Shown piece after piece: positions 1 through 9,032 of a DNA stretch of 64,000 nt. The notes beneath the pieces were generated by a model. The model ran no database searches and was not told the DNA's origin. It saw nothing but the letters and a program-made list of their open reading frames with translations. Position 1 is the first letter of the stretch. The number at the start of each line of letters is the position of its first letter. Source of the stretch: a virus (taxonomy: Duplodnaviria > Caudoviricetes); IMG/VR virus record IMGVR_UViG_3300027851_000023, positions 1,331-65,330 of that record, one strand, 5' to 3'. Position numbers and translations under genes: made by a program.

Positions 1-194
1 GGATCGCTCCCGCCGCCTTTCGCCGCCCGCAATGCGTAGGCCGCGTCGCCGCCGAGTTCTGCCGTCGCCCCACCATCTCGGCCGCGCAGTGCAACCGACT
101 GGACGACAAGATGCGAATGACCGTGGTTGGCATCTTGGCCTGAACAGCCCTGCAGCCGCGAAAAACTGGCGTCGAGGGTAGAGACGATTGTCAT
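1..194 (-). CDS. C5-methyltransferase variable-region fragment 3 (partial, runs off the window)
   Basis: Not in ORF track. ATG at 194 overlaps the TGA of ORF 191..439 (ATGA). Reads MTIVSTLDASFSRLQGCSGQDANHGHSHLVVQSVALRGRDGGATAELG, resembling variable-region segments of phage Dcm-like MTases as I recall them. Confidence 0.6.
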   Translation of the reverse strand, partial: MTIVSTLDASFSRLQGCSGQDANHGHSHLVVQSVALRGRDGGATAELGGDAAYALRAAKGGGSD

Positions 195-439
195 TGGATC
201 GGGCTCAGGACGAAGGTCTCGCTCTCGAAATCAAGGCGACCGTGCGGCCCGCCGTGGGCGTTGACCGCAGTAGCGACGACGATGGCCCCGGACTGGTTAT
301 TGCCGCCGAAAGCCATCACGACTTCACCGGCTGCAGAACCGCCGGAAAGCGGTTCTTCTCGGGCATGGTCTGGCCCTTGTAGAGAACCGCGTCGAGGGTC
401 TGGCTCACAGGCGAACCGTCCCACCATGTCGGCGGGCAT
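191..439 (-). CDS. C5-methyltransferase variable-region fragment 2
   Basis: AFGGNNQSG...RLDFESETFV segment typical of phage C5-MTase variable regions; overlaps the end of 405..1379. Confidence 0.6.
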   Translation of the reverse strand: MPADMVGRFACEPDPRRGSLQGPDHAREEPLSGGSAAGEVVMAFGGNNQSGAIVVATAVNAHGGPHGRLDFESETFVLSPIQ

Positions 440-1379
440 AGGTGTGTGTGTCGATCAGATCAGCAAGATCGTCTATCCGAGCAGTTCGTCCAGGTCCGTC
501 TCGTTCGCAGGCGACCACGGGGTCTTGTCCTCGGGGGTCTCCGCATCGCTCGACTCCGCGACCGCTGCTTGTAAGGCACGGAGCAACGGGATGGGTAACG
601 CCTTCCCCCGCTTCTCGGCTCGGCGGAGAATCCCGGCGCACGCCTTCGAACTCAAAAAGTATTGCGGCGGGATCGAACCCCTCACGAGCACTTGCGATAA
701 CGACGACACGACGGCGTCGTTGGGCCAAGCCGAAATATTGGGCGTCTCCGACTCGCCACGCGACTGCTCTTTCGGGTCCAAGCACAACACCAGCGTCCGC
801 CCACCGACCCCTTGGCGGTTCGAGCGGCACGTCTTCGCCGGCAAGAGCGCCAAGGAAGCAACCGAAGGCGTTATCCTTGGATGTGAGAACGCCCGGCACG
901 TTCTCCCAGTAGACGATGCAGGGGTCGTCGCCATGCTCGGCGCGTCGTTGGTCGATGGCATCAGCGAGATCCACAAATGAGAGAGTGAGTTGGCCACGGG
1001 CATCGCTCAGACCCTCGCGGCGACCGGCGACCGAGAATGCCTGACACGGCGTTCCGCCGCATAGCATCTCAGGTGCCTCGGCCAGTCCGGCGCGCACCAT
1101 GGCCGGCAGGACGGTGAAATCGCCGTAGTTGTTGATGCGATTGCCCCACTCGAGACGAGCGGCAGCCCTGATGGCGGCACGCCGCTCCTTGCGCACCTTT
1201 TCGTCGATGCCGACCTCATCAGGATCAAGAGGATGCAGTGGTGCAGTAGCCCCCAGCCGATAGGCAAGCACCTGCGAGGCCGCGACGTCGACCTCGGCAA
1301 GCCATGCAGCTTCCCACCCCAGGTCGTACCACGCGACAGAGGCGGCCTCGATACCTGAGCAAATTGACCCAAAACGCAA
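405..1379 (-). CDS. DNA cytosine-5 methyltransferase, catalytic part (motifs I-VIII)
   Basis: Motif I FGSICSGIEA, motif IV GGTPCQAFS, motif VI WENVPG, motif VIII QRRRRV; motifs IX/X not seen in this ORF. Confidence 0.92.
   Translation of the reverse strand: MRFGSICSGIEAASVAWYDLGWEAAWLAEVDVAASQVLAYRLGATAPLHPLDPDEVGIDEKVRKERRAAIRAAARLEWGNRINNYGDFTVLPAMVRAGLAEAPEMLCGGTPCQAFSVAGRREGLSDARGQLTLSFVDLADAIDQRRAEHGDDPCIVYWENVPGVLTSKDNAFGCFLGALAGEDVPLEPPRGRWADAGVVLGPERAVAWRVGDAQYFGLAQRRRRVVVIASAREGFDPAAILFEFEGVRRDSPPSREAGEGVTHPVAPCLTSSGRGVERCGDPRGQDPVVACERDGPGRTARIDDLADLIDTHTYARRHGGTVRL
473..1003 (-). CDS. Overlapping alternative-frame MTase small subunit (M.EcoHK31I beta-like)
   Basis: SLSQVL...PQYFLSSKACAGILRRAEKRGKALP..L..AL resembles the nested beta polypeptide of heterodimeric C5-MTases; ends in the DLDELLG tag. 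Start uncertain. Confidence 0.7.
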   Translation of the reverse strand: MPVANSLSHLWISLMPSTNDAPSMATTPASSTGRTCRAFSHPRITPSVASLALLPAKTCRSNRQGVGGRTLVLCLDPKEQSRGESETPNISAWPNDAVVSSLSQVLVRGSIPPQYFLSSKACAGILRRAEKRGKALPIPLLRALQAAVAESSDAETPEDKTPWSPANETDLDELLG

Positions 1380-1456
1380 GTTGGCGATCTCCGGTGTGAA
1401 CGGAGACCCTACGCACGTTCGGTGGGACTTTCAACCCGAATGTGATAGCCGAAGCC

Positions 1457-2173
1457 TTACAGGCGCTCGGTGAATGTCGTGATCGGCCGCAGATCCTTGG
1501 ATGCGGCGACCTCGGTGAAACCGCCCTTGCGCTTCCCGTTCGACAGGGCCTCAGCATCGATCTCGAACATGCTGACGGCCAGGTCGCCGGTTCTCACCAC
1601 GCCGATGACGAACGTATCCCCTGCACCATGGGGCACCGCGAAATGCCCATCCCTCTCCAGGGCGACGTGGAAGGCATACTGCGCGCCGCGGATGATCGCG
1701 TAGATGTCGATATGCTCACGGGCGGCCCTCTTGTCGCCCCGCTCAGGGAAAGCCGGGTTCCCGCCGCACATCTGAACGAAGCCTGCGACCACATTGACCA
1801 CGCCGTCCGCTTCGGCATTCCTGAGTTTCTGCTGGCGCGCGTCGATCTCGGGCGCGCGGCCCAGCGATAGCCATGCCTCGTCGACCTGCAGAATGATCGC
1901 AAGGGCCTTCATGGTTCCGTGCCGCGGGAGGCCCTGTCCGGCGAACCATTTGCGCACGGTCTCGGGCGTGGACTTGACTCCGTGCTTCTCGAGTTCAGTG
2001 ACGAACCACTTCAAGCGACCGAAGTTCGGCGGCGGAACATGCGGATTGCCGTCCGTCGCGGTCTGGAATCGCTTCGCGAAATCCTTGTGCGGATATGCCG
2101 TGGCCCGCTTGGGAGGGGCTGCTGGCTCGACGACCGCTGGGGAGGCGGTCGGCTTTCTGAATGGGGATTTCAT
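1457..2173 (-). CDS. XRE-like HTH transcriptional regulator, candidate repressor
   Basis: N-terminal HTH pattern ETVRKWFAG..PR...M..LA.IL.VDEAWL.LG; own upstream TTGACA near 2226-2231 overlapping an operator-like motif. Confidence 0.7.
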   Translation of the reverse strand: MKSPFRKPTASPAVVEPAAPPKRATAYPHKDFAKRFQTATDGNPHVPPPNFGRLKWFVTELEKHGVKSTPETVRKWFAGQGLPRHGTMKALAIILQVDEAWLSLGRAPEIDARQQKLRNAEADGVVNVVAGFVQMCGGNPAFPERGDKRAAREHIDIYAIIRGAQYAFHVALERDGHFAVPHGAGDTFVIGVVRTGDLAVSMFEIDAEALSNGKRKGGFTEVAASKDLRPITTFTERL

Positions 2174-2250
2174 TTTGGCGCTTCGCTGTGGATGACTTTC
2201 ACTTTTTGAATGACAAATGTCACTTTGTCAAACCGATTCGCGACTGCGTC

Positions 2251-3915
2251 TCAGGAGAGGATGTCAACCAAATCGCCACCGAATGAGACCTGCACTGCTT
2301 GCATGATTCGAACTTGCTCAGCGATCTTGGGGTCCAGGTATTTCGGGAAGACCTCGTCATCAATCGTCCCCTCAGCGATGATGACGTGATTGAACACCGG
2401 ATCGCGCCGGCCAGGGCGCAGCAGGCGCTTGAGGAACTGCAAATAGAGTTCGGCGTCCGACGTCAGGCCATATTCGCACATATGGCCTGTGCCCTTCTGC
2501 AGGTTCAGCCCGTGCCCGGCCGACGCCCGGTGTGCCAGCAGCAGCCCGATCCGATCAGCGTTCCAGTCGCGAGTGACTTTCACGGCGTTCTCGGGCCGCA
2601 TCAGCACGGCGTCAGGAAACGCCTTCATGATCCGCTCGGCGTCGAACTGATAAGTGTAGGCGACCAGGAGCGGCGTACCCTCAAGTCGCTCGACAAGCAG
2701 CTTCAGGGCCTCGATCTTGACGTCGTGAATCCAGACGTCGTCGCCGGCCTCGCGGTACATGGAGCCGTTCGCGAACTGCAACAGCTTGCCATGCAGGACA
2801 CCGCCGTTCACGGCCTCGACGTCGTATTCTTCGGAGACCATCTGCCGCTTGAAGCGCTTGTAACGATCGAGCACGGTAGCCGGCAGTTTCACGCGGATCG
2901 GATCGACGATGTAGGGTGGCAGCTGCGGCATGTCTTCGGGGTTGAGCGAGAACATGATGTCCTTCACCCGGCCCATGACCTCCCCGAAGCTATGCGCGTG
3001 CGGGATCGTCAGATGGCGGTCGCGATCAATGTTGAACCAGCGGTTCAGGAAATGCGTCTTCGCCGCGCCCAGTCGCTCGCCCAGATCGATCAGATAGATC
3101 AGGCCCCACATATTCTGCAGGCCCTTCGGCGTCGGTGTGCCGGTCAACTGGATCGTCGCCATCATCCGCTTGCGTGCCTGTGCCATGATGCCCCACCGAG
3201 AGAGCGGAGCGGGGCCCTTCTTCGGCTGGTTCTTGTCGCCCTTCTTCCGGCGCTTGCCTGATCGGCCTTCGCGACAGTCGTCGATGACCATCACGTCATA
3301 GGGCCAGTCACGCCCCTTGCGGAAATGCGCCCAGAGCCAATCGAGCCCTTCCTTGTTGATGATGTGTATCTCGGCGTCGGTGTTCGCGAGCGCGGCGAGT
3401 TTGGCGGCCTTCGCCGCGGCAATGGCCTCGAGACGATGAGGTTCCGCGCGCTCGCCGGGAGACTTTTTCAGGTTTGCCCGAGCCTTGGTTCGCGCCGAGC
3501 CTTTCGCGGCACCCAACATGATCTCGGACTGCCGCTCCAACTCGAACTCAGCCTGATAACGAGCCAGGGCCTCGGCGTAGGCAGCGTCGCCGGCCGCATT
3601 AACATCCGGGTCGTCGTCCTCGACGCGCAGCAGCTGCATCATATGGCGCAGCTGGGTCAGGTGCTCCCATTCGTCGGGCTCCTGCGGCCACACGGTCTGC
3701 GCGACAAGCAAGGGGGCGACGATGAGCACCTTTCGGATGACGAAGCCATTCAGCAGATCCAGGAGCGCCGTCAGGACGGTCACCGTCTTGCCCGCACCCG
3801 GCTCGAGCGCCAGCATCACACCCGGCAGGCGCTTCACATGGTCAGGATGGAAGCACTGCTTGATCTTACCCACGAAGAACCGCTGGAAGACGCGCAGATC
3901 GGCGCGGGTCAGCAT
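2251..3915 (-). CDS. SNF2-like superfamily 2 helicase
   Basis: Walker A PGAGKT, LIVAP, LTGTP, SAGHGLNLQ, RLLRPG; Chi-like position after VRR-NUC. Confidence 0.9.
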   Translation of the reverse strand: MLTRADLRVFQRFFVGKIKQCFHPDHVKRLPGVMLALEPGAGKTVTVLTALLDLLNGFVIRKVLIVAPLLVAQTVWPQEPDEWEHLTQLRHMMQLLRVEDDDPDVNAAGDAAYAEALARYQAEFELERQSEIMLGAAKGSARTKARANLKKSPGERAEPHRLEAIAAAKAAKLAALANTDAEIHIINKEGLDWLWAHFRKGRDWPYDVMVIDDCREGRSGKRRKKGDKNQPKKGPAPLSRWGIMAQARKRMMATIQLTGTPTPKGLQNMWGLIYLIDLGERLGAAKTHFLNRWFNIDRDRHLTIPHAHSFGEVMGRVKDIMFSLNPEDMPQLPPYIVDPIRVKLPATVLDRYKRFKRQMVSEEYDVEAVNGGVLHGKLLQFANGSMYREAGDDVWIHDVKIEALKLLVERLEGTPLLVAYTYQFDAERIMKAFPDAVLMRPENAVKVTRDWNADRIGLLLAHRASAGHGLNLQKGTGHMCEYGLTSDAELYLQFLKRLLRPGRRDPVFNHVIIAEGTIDDEVFPKYLDPKIAEQVRIMQAVQVSFGGDLVDILS

Positions 3916-4187
3916 AGCAAATCCGCGATGTCAGGATGTTCCGCCAAGGCTGCGAGAACGTCACCGTGGCAAGGCTTAGGAGCACAGAAGCATCCCAAGG
4001 TCTTTCCCCGTAGCGTAGCGATATCCGCCACGAGTTCAGGGCGATGAGCGAGATAGGTACGGTATTTCGCAATCACATCGCTTCGATCACCATCGACCCC
4101 GATGCGGAACGGATTTCCCCATTTTGACCCGCGCCCAATATAGACGTCGAACGGCGCCCGATCTTTATGAACGACCCTAGTCAGCAT
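3909..4187 (-). CDS. DUF4326 family protein
   Basis: VYIGRGSKWGNPF...LRGKTLGCFCAPKPCHGDVL; start placed at ATG 4187, coupled to the upstream stop. Confidence 0.85.
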   Translation of the reverse strand: MLTRVVHKDRAPFDVYIGRGSKWGNPFRIGVDGDRSDVIAKYRTYLAHRPELVADIATLRGKTLGCFCAPKPCHGDVLAALAEHPDIADLLC

Positions 4188-4465
4188 CAGCGGCGGGCCA
4201 GTCGATCCAGCAGCGCGATCCCGCGATCGAGGTCGTCGATCACATGGACCTTGAGCCCGGCGGCCGACATTCGGTCCCGTTCGCGAGACTGATGCGGGCA
4301 CAGTTTTCCGCCTGGGCGCTTGATCTCCATCATCACGACCTGGCCGTGGCCGTAGAAGTCGCGGTCCCGACAGCCGCGCCGACCGGCGTAAGTCATCTTC
4401 CGGCTGAACCACCCGGTCTTGTCGCCATGCTTGACGAGGCCGTCTTCGATCATCTGTTCACGCAC
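4187..4465 (-). CDS. VRR-NUC domain nuclease
   Basis: RE..IE, G..DR, MEIKRPGG...Q pattern; lies between polymerase and helicase. Confidence 0.85.
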   Translation of the reverse strand: MREQMIEDGLVKHGDKTGWFSRKMTYAGRRGCRDRDFYGHGQVVMMEIKRPGGKLCPHQSRERDRMSAAGLKVHVIDDLDRGIALLDRLARR

Positions 4466-4493
4466 TGAATGAATCTCCCGATAAAAGTGAAAC

Positions 4494-6464
4494 CTAGACC
4501 AGGGCCCATGCGATGAGGATGGGAAGGGTGTTCGCCTTGGTCATGCGGACGATCTTGGGGGGCCGGGCGAGATATCCCAGCGACATCAACATCTCCTTCG
4601 CCTCAGCGATGTAACGGTCGTAGTCGATGTCGTCGGGCAGTTGCTCAGGCAGCGTCATGCAGGGTGCCGCGCCTTCCGACTTCGGCACTTGTGGGTGCCT
4701 CCCCTTCACGTTCTGTTTGGCCTTGAGGATCGGGTCGCCGTCTGTCGACCAGTAGAACCGCACGGTCTTGCCGAGATACGAGCCGCGCCAGGTTGCCCCG
4801 CCGTCTGCTTTGATGACCGTAACGAACTGCGTGATGTCGGTGCAGCCGTAGATCGTATCGGCGAGCGGCGTGCCGTGCTTTAGCAGCGCCAGAACTGCGT
4901 CCGAGCAGATCGTCGCCGTTGGGTTCTTCATGAGCATCTTGCGCTCATCCCGGTCGCTCTTGTCGAGGTTCCAGGGGTTGCAGAAGATGCCGATGCGTTT
5001 GTGGCCACCGTTCGCTTTGATCGCGATGTAGTTGTTGACGTCGCGATTATAGACCGCAGCATATTCCGCGAACTCGAGACCGAATCCGGTCGCTTGCTCC
5101 CATTCGTCGGTAATGTTGGCCAAGTCGCTCGGCAGCAGCCGATCTTTCAGCGGACCCTCGGTGCCGACACCATCAAACATCTCGCGGGGGCAGCGGAACA
5201 GCACACCGTCCGTATTGCCGCTGATGACTTGAACGCCGGCCGCTTCGGCGCGCTCGATCAACATCAGAAGGGTCAGTTGTCCAGTTAGGGTGACGCCGAT
5301 AAGAAGATGCGGGGCGTAGAGTATTGAATATCGCGAACCAAGTTTGCCGTAGACGCCGTTCAGGGCGATCTTCATTCCCTTATCTTTGACCTTGTCGCCT
5401 GCTTTTTTGGCAGCGACCCGATCATCTTTGATCTTCTTGTAGACCGAGAGGAAATGATGACCGACGGCCTTCGGAAACAGGCCCAGTGCCATGATGATGC
5501 TCGGGTATTGTGATGTCACGTCGGCATCGATCAGGACGTAGTCCTCGTCGCTCTCGACCACGCGGCTTTTCTCAGTCGAGTGCAGGCCGCCGATGCCCAT
5601 CGAATAGACCGTGCTGCCGATGGTGACCTGGATGTCCTGAAGCCAGTCCGGCGACACAGTCTTGCCGTCAGCCCCGACGATGAACTCGGCGTCCCTGATG
5701 CGCTCGAGGATGGCTTGCAGTTTCGGCATATCGAAGCGGATGAAAGACGGAACCGGATAGCGGAAAGTCGTACCCGGCTTGGTCTCGACCTTCTGAAGCC
5801 GAGCACCTGTAAGTTTTTCGACCCGCTTCTTGACGATAGTTTCGCCGATCTGGCTGTCCGACTTGGACCGGAAATCCTGATCGTACTCAGCGCCGAGAGC
5901 CACCCGCAGTTCGAGCGGTTCCTTCAGGGCATCCCAAAGATTGTGCGTCGCGTCCAGGTCGGAGTTCAGGCAGTAGTCGGCGGTCGCGTCCATCTGTTCT
6001 TCGGTCAGGATCGTCTCGGGCGGATAAACCAGATCCTGCATACGCTTGCCGTGGAGTCGTCCGTTCAGCGTCTTCAGGCTCGCGATCGCGTTCGGCTGCG
6101 GCTCGATTAGGTCGATGTGGTCGAGCCGCGGCAGTTTGATCCCAAGCAGGTCTTCGGTCTGCCAGGAGCGCACCTTGCCGTTGATGATGGCGTCGACCTT
6201 TGCCTTGACCAGGGCGCAGACACGGGTCGCGTTCTCACCGCACTTCAGCAAATGGATCGCATAGTAGACGAGCGGGACGTCGAAACCGTTGCCGTTATAG
6301 GTGACGATGCGATTGTTGCGCATGATCTTGTCGATCCGGCGCCAGTCGAGGTCCGGCGATCGGGCGCTCAGTTCGAAGCCCACGCGATATCCGTCGCGCT
6401 CGCGTTTGAAAGCGACGTAGTAGAAGTTCTTGTAAGTCTCGATGTCGCAGAAAAGGACCGACAT
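4494..6464 (-). CDS. DNA polymerase, family B, with 3'-5' exonuclease
   Basis: Exo motifs DIET and YNG..FD; polymerase motifs DVTSQYPSI, KIALNGVYGK, NTDG. Confidence 0.9.
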   Translation of the reverse strand: MSVLFCDIETYKNFYYVAFKRERDGYRVGFELSARSPDLDWRRIDKIMRNNRIVTYNGNGFDVPLVYYAIHLLKCGENATRVCALVKAKVDAIINGKVRSWQTEDLLGIKLPRLDHIDLIEPQPNAIASLKTLNGRLHGKRMQDLVYPPETILTEEQMDATADYCLNSDLDATHNLWDALKEPLELRVALGAEYDQDFRSKSDSQIGETIVKKRVEKLTGARLQKVETKPGTTFRYPVPSFIRFDMPKLQAILERIRDAEFIVGADGKTVSPDWLQDIQVTIGSTVYSMGIGGLHSTEKSRVVESDEDYVLIDADVTSQYPSIIMALGLFPKAVGHHFLSVYKKIKDDRVAAKKAGDKVKDKGMKIALNGVYGKLGSRYSILYAPHLLIGVTLTGQLTLLMLIERAEAAGVQVISGNTDGVLFRCPREMFDGVGTEGPLKDRLLPSDLANITDEWEQATGFGLEFAEYAAVYNRDVNNYIAIKANGGHKRIGIFCNPWNLDKSDRDERKMLMKNPTATICSDAVLALLKHGTPLADTIYGCTDITQFVTVIKADGGATWRGSYLGKTVRFYWSTDGDPILKAKQNVKGRHPQVPKSEGAAPCMTLPEQLPDDIDYDRYIAEAKEMLMSLGYLARPPKIVRMTKANTLPILIAWALV

Positions 6465-6628
6465 CAGAACCTTTCGCCGGCCTTCTTCGGGACCAGCGGC
6501 ATACCGACTTCCTCGCGACGCTTCACGAACCGTGCCAAGGCTTCAGCAGATTTGCGTGTCTGCTCAGCACGCCACACGGGGTCGGCGGCACGGGCGGCGC
6601 AGATTTCGGGCGTGTCCTGGTCGATCAT
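6464..6628 (-). CDS. Hypothetical protein (54 aa)
   Basis: ATG 6628 after a purine-rich leader; stop overlaps the polymerase start (TGATG). Confidence 0.5.
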   Translation of the reverse strand: MIDQDTPEICAARAADPVWRAEQTRKSAEALARFVKRREEVGMPLVPKKAGERF

Positions 6629-6637
6629 CGTTCTTCT

Positions 6638-6791
6638 CGGGCGGTTAGGGTGCGAGTCGCGGACTTGTGCGAGGGAAGGACAACAGGGCTTTCGAGGCTC
6701 GCCTGCCATCGTCTAGCGTCGGGGCCCGGTATTCGTCGCGCCATGCTGATGCGCCACTACTAGCCGGCACGACTCGCAGCCAAACCGCCCG
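6638..6791 (-). ncRNA. Candidate structured RNA
   Basis: Arms 6638-6661 and 6768-6791 form a ~24-bp stem with 2 mismatches enclosing ~106 nt; intergenic. Confidence 0.35.
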
Positions 6792-6819
6792 GCTGCTTCA
6801 GCGGCCGGGCGACCGGGTG

Positions 6820-7527
6820 TTATGCCAGCAGGTCGTCGTCTTCGGTGACACTGCCCGAGGACGTGTCGACGTCGTCCAGGCCGTCGTCATCTTCTTCGTC
6901 AAGGTAGTCTTCGGCGTTGACCTGCCCGGCCCCGAAGGCGTCGCCGTGACGCTTGAACTTCACAACTTCCAGGGTGCAGGACACCCGGTTCTTGTGGTTC
7001 TTCTTGGAACCGTCGTATGCCCAGATCGACACGACGATGTCGTAAAAAGCGCCCGAGTAGAACAGTTCCTCGGCAGCCGATCCCTTCAGGCGAGGGAACT
7101 TTCCGTCGGCACCCTTGCGGGGACCGAGCAGTTGGACAGGATTCTTCTTCTCTTCTTCCCAGTCCTCGATCGAAACGCCATTGCTGGCCTTCAGGACGTA
7201 CATGCCCTCGTAGCCTTCATACAGGGGCTCGCGCTCGCCGGAATCTTCGTCCTTGGGCTCACCGTCGACGAAGCAGCGCTCCGTCGAGGGGATTTTCTTG
7301 TTCTGGCCCGGCCAGCGCGCCTCGATCGCCTTCTTCATCGCCGCAGCGATTTCCTCGGCAACAGGATTCTTGGCGCCGCCCACTTCCTTCGGAACCAGGA
7401 AGTTGCCGTTGAAGACGTAGCCGGTCAACTTGTCGTCGTCGTTCTTCCGCTCCTGGGGTTTGATCAGGTGCAGGAAGGAGCCGCGCACATCCTTGAGGGT
7501 GAGGCGAATGTTCTTTTGGTCTGCCAT
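6820..7527 (-). CDS. ssb: Single-stranded DNA-binding protein (DUF2815-like)
   Basis: VRGSFLHL, FYSGAF, AYD...NRVSCTL..V.F...GDAFG and an acidic tail; alternative start at 7560. Confidence 0.8.
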   Translation of the reverse strand: MADQKNIRLTLKDVRGSFLHLIKPQERKNDDDKLTGYVFNGNFLVPKEVGGAKNPVAEEIAAAMKKAIEARWPGQNKKIPSTERCFVDGEPKDEDSGEREPLYEGYEGMYVLKASNGVSIEDWEEEKKNPVQLLGPRKGADGKFPRLKGSAAEELFYSGAFYDIVVSIWAYDGSKKNHKNRVSCTLEVVKFKRHGDAFGAGQVNAEDYLDEEDDDGLDDVDTSSGSVTEDDDLLA

Positions 7528-7549
7528 GTCGGTCTCTCGGTTTCCGGTT

Positions 7550-8743
7550 TCAGTCGTCATCTAGGAGGTCATCGAACGGCGTGATTGCCGGCCGATCGTC
7601 GGTGTCCGGCACAAGGATGGGTTTGCCCGCATCCTGTGTGACGAGACGGTCCAGGGCCGACAGAACATCGGGATTCCCTGGCTTCTTTCGCCCAGGCTTC
7701 AATAGCTTTTCAACCTGAGAAACGGAAAGCACTTTTCGCGTGAAAGCATCGTCGCCAAGAACGGGCTCAAGCAGTTCCTCGACTGCCTGCTCATCCGTGT
7801 AACGACGGTTGCCACGTCGCCCGAGCACGAGTTTGGAACCTGGGTCTGGTGACCCAGCTTTCGCCGCAGCGATGCTGTCTTCATGAAGTTTGGCGAACCA
7901 CTGCTCGACCAGGTGCGAATGACGCACAATCCACCATCGGCGCTCCGGCGTGATTCTGGCCCTCGCCGGTAACTGCGGTTCTGATGCGATATCGTCATCC
8001 AGGTCGAGACCTGAGATTTCAATGATCCAGTCCTGCCTGGCTTCGCAGTCCCACTTAGCCGGACAAAAGCCGCACTGCTTGTCCCCCGGCACGAACGGAG
8101 CGGCGGGATCATCAACACGCAGCGCGGCGGCTTTGACCTCATGCGCAAACGCCAACAGTTCCTCGGTCGTTTGCGTCCAGAACTTCATGCCGCCCGCTCG
8201 CGGCTGATCGATGACCAGTACGATCTCATCGACGTCGTCCCATAGGTCGAAGTTATCAAGAACACCGATACCGTAGATGCGAAGCTGGCGAGTGCCGATC
8301 GCATCAACAGGGACGCCCGCCCCGTACTTCAAATCATCAATGATCGCTCGACGCCGCATTCTCTGGATGATCGCCGTGTCCAGCGTCCCGAACTGCCCAG
8401 GCATCCAGCGTCCGAGGTCTACGCGGTGTTCGACGATGACATCGCCCGGCTGATCGTTGACCCAGTCCATGCCCGGCTGAAGGTGTGCCGCCATTTCTTC
8501 ATCGCAGAGGTAGTCGACCCCATTGATGGTCTGCTTCGTCCCGATGAAATCCCACGCGTCCAAACCCAGTTCCAGGGCGTCACCGCGGATCTGGTGGGCC
8601 GCAGTGCCTTCGTCCGCCGCGCCCGACGAACTGCGTGGGTCAATCTTGCCATCGGCAGTCAACCGTTCGATCAGGCGAACAGACGCAGCGCAGACCATCC
8701 ATCGGTCTGCGCTAGAGGGTCCAAGGCGAGCGTGGGCTGCCAT
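7550..8743 (-). CDS. DUF2800 / Cas4-like PD-(D/E)XK exonuclease
   Basis: HARLGPSSADRWMVC, EGTAAH, FGTLD, DLKYGAG, QLRIY, C.FCPA...C. Confidence 0.88.
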   Translation of the reverse strand: MAAHARLGPSSADRWMVCAASVRLIERLTADGKIDPRSSSGAADEGTAAHQIRGDALELGLDAWDFIGTKQTINGVDYLCDEEMAAHLQPGMDWVNDQPGDVIVEHRVDLGRWMPGQFGTLDTAIIQRMRRRAIIDDLKYGAGVPVDAIGTRQLRIYGIGVLDNFDLWDDVDEIVLVIDQPRAGGMKFWTQTTEELLAFAHEVKAAALRVDDPAAPFVPGDKQCGFCPAKWDCEARQDWIIEISGLDLDDDIASEPQLPARARITPERRWWIVRHSHLVEQWFAKLHEDSIAAAKAGSPDPGSKLVLGRRGNRRYTDEQAVEELLEPVLGDDAFTRKVLSVSQVEKLLKPGRKKPGNPDVLSALDRLVTQDAGKPILVPDTDDRPAITPFDDLLDDD

Positions 8744-8904
8744 TAGCCGCGATCCGCCCTCATCATACCAATCAGATAGTCTGCGGTATCAGCAAAGCGC
8801 CGGTCATCGGCTCGCTGCGGCCAATCGCCAGCCTGGGACTCATCACCCCACTTTCGCAAGGCCGCAATCAGAGAACCCCGAGTGATTGTGATCTCATCTT
8901 CCAT
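8743..8904 (-). CDS. Small hypothetical protein (53 aa)
   Basis: Below ORF-track cutoff; MEDEITITRGSL...ADRG; AAGGA upstream; TAATG coupling to the next gene. Confidence 0.6.
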   Translation of the reverse strand: MEDEITITRGSLIAALRKWGDESQAGDWPQRADDRRFADTADYLIGMMRADRG

Positions 8905-8938
8905 GACAAAAATCCTTGAGTGAACGGAGGCGTTCAGA

Positions 8939-9014
8939 TGGTGCGTCGGGCAGGGTTCGAACCTGCGACCTTCGCTATGTCAAAGCGACGCGCTTCCAAC
9001 TGCGCCACCGACGC
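8939..9014 (-). tRNA. tRNA-Val(GAC)
   Basis: Cloverleaf: acceptor GCGTCGG/CCGACGC, anticodon arm TCGCT-TTGACAT-AGCGA, T loop GGTTCGAACC, encoded ACCA. Confidence 0.93.
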
Positions 9015-9032
9015 ACGATCTGAGCGTCTACT

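Noticed and set aside
261-980. 239-aa plus-strand ORF opposite the MTase
   Set aside because: Antisense to two overlapping coding frames; no RBS or motif support.
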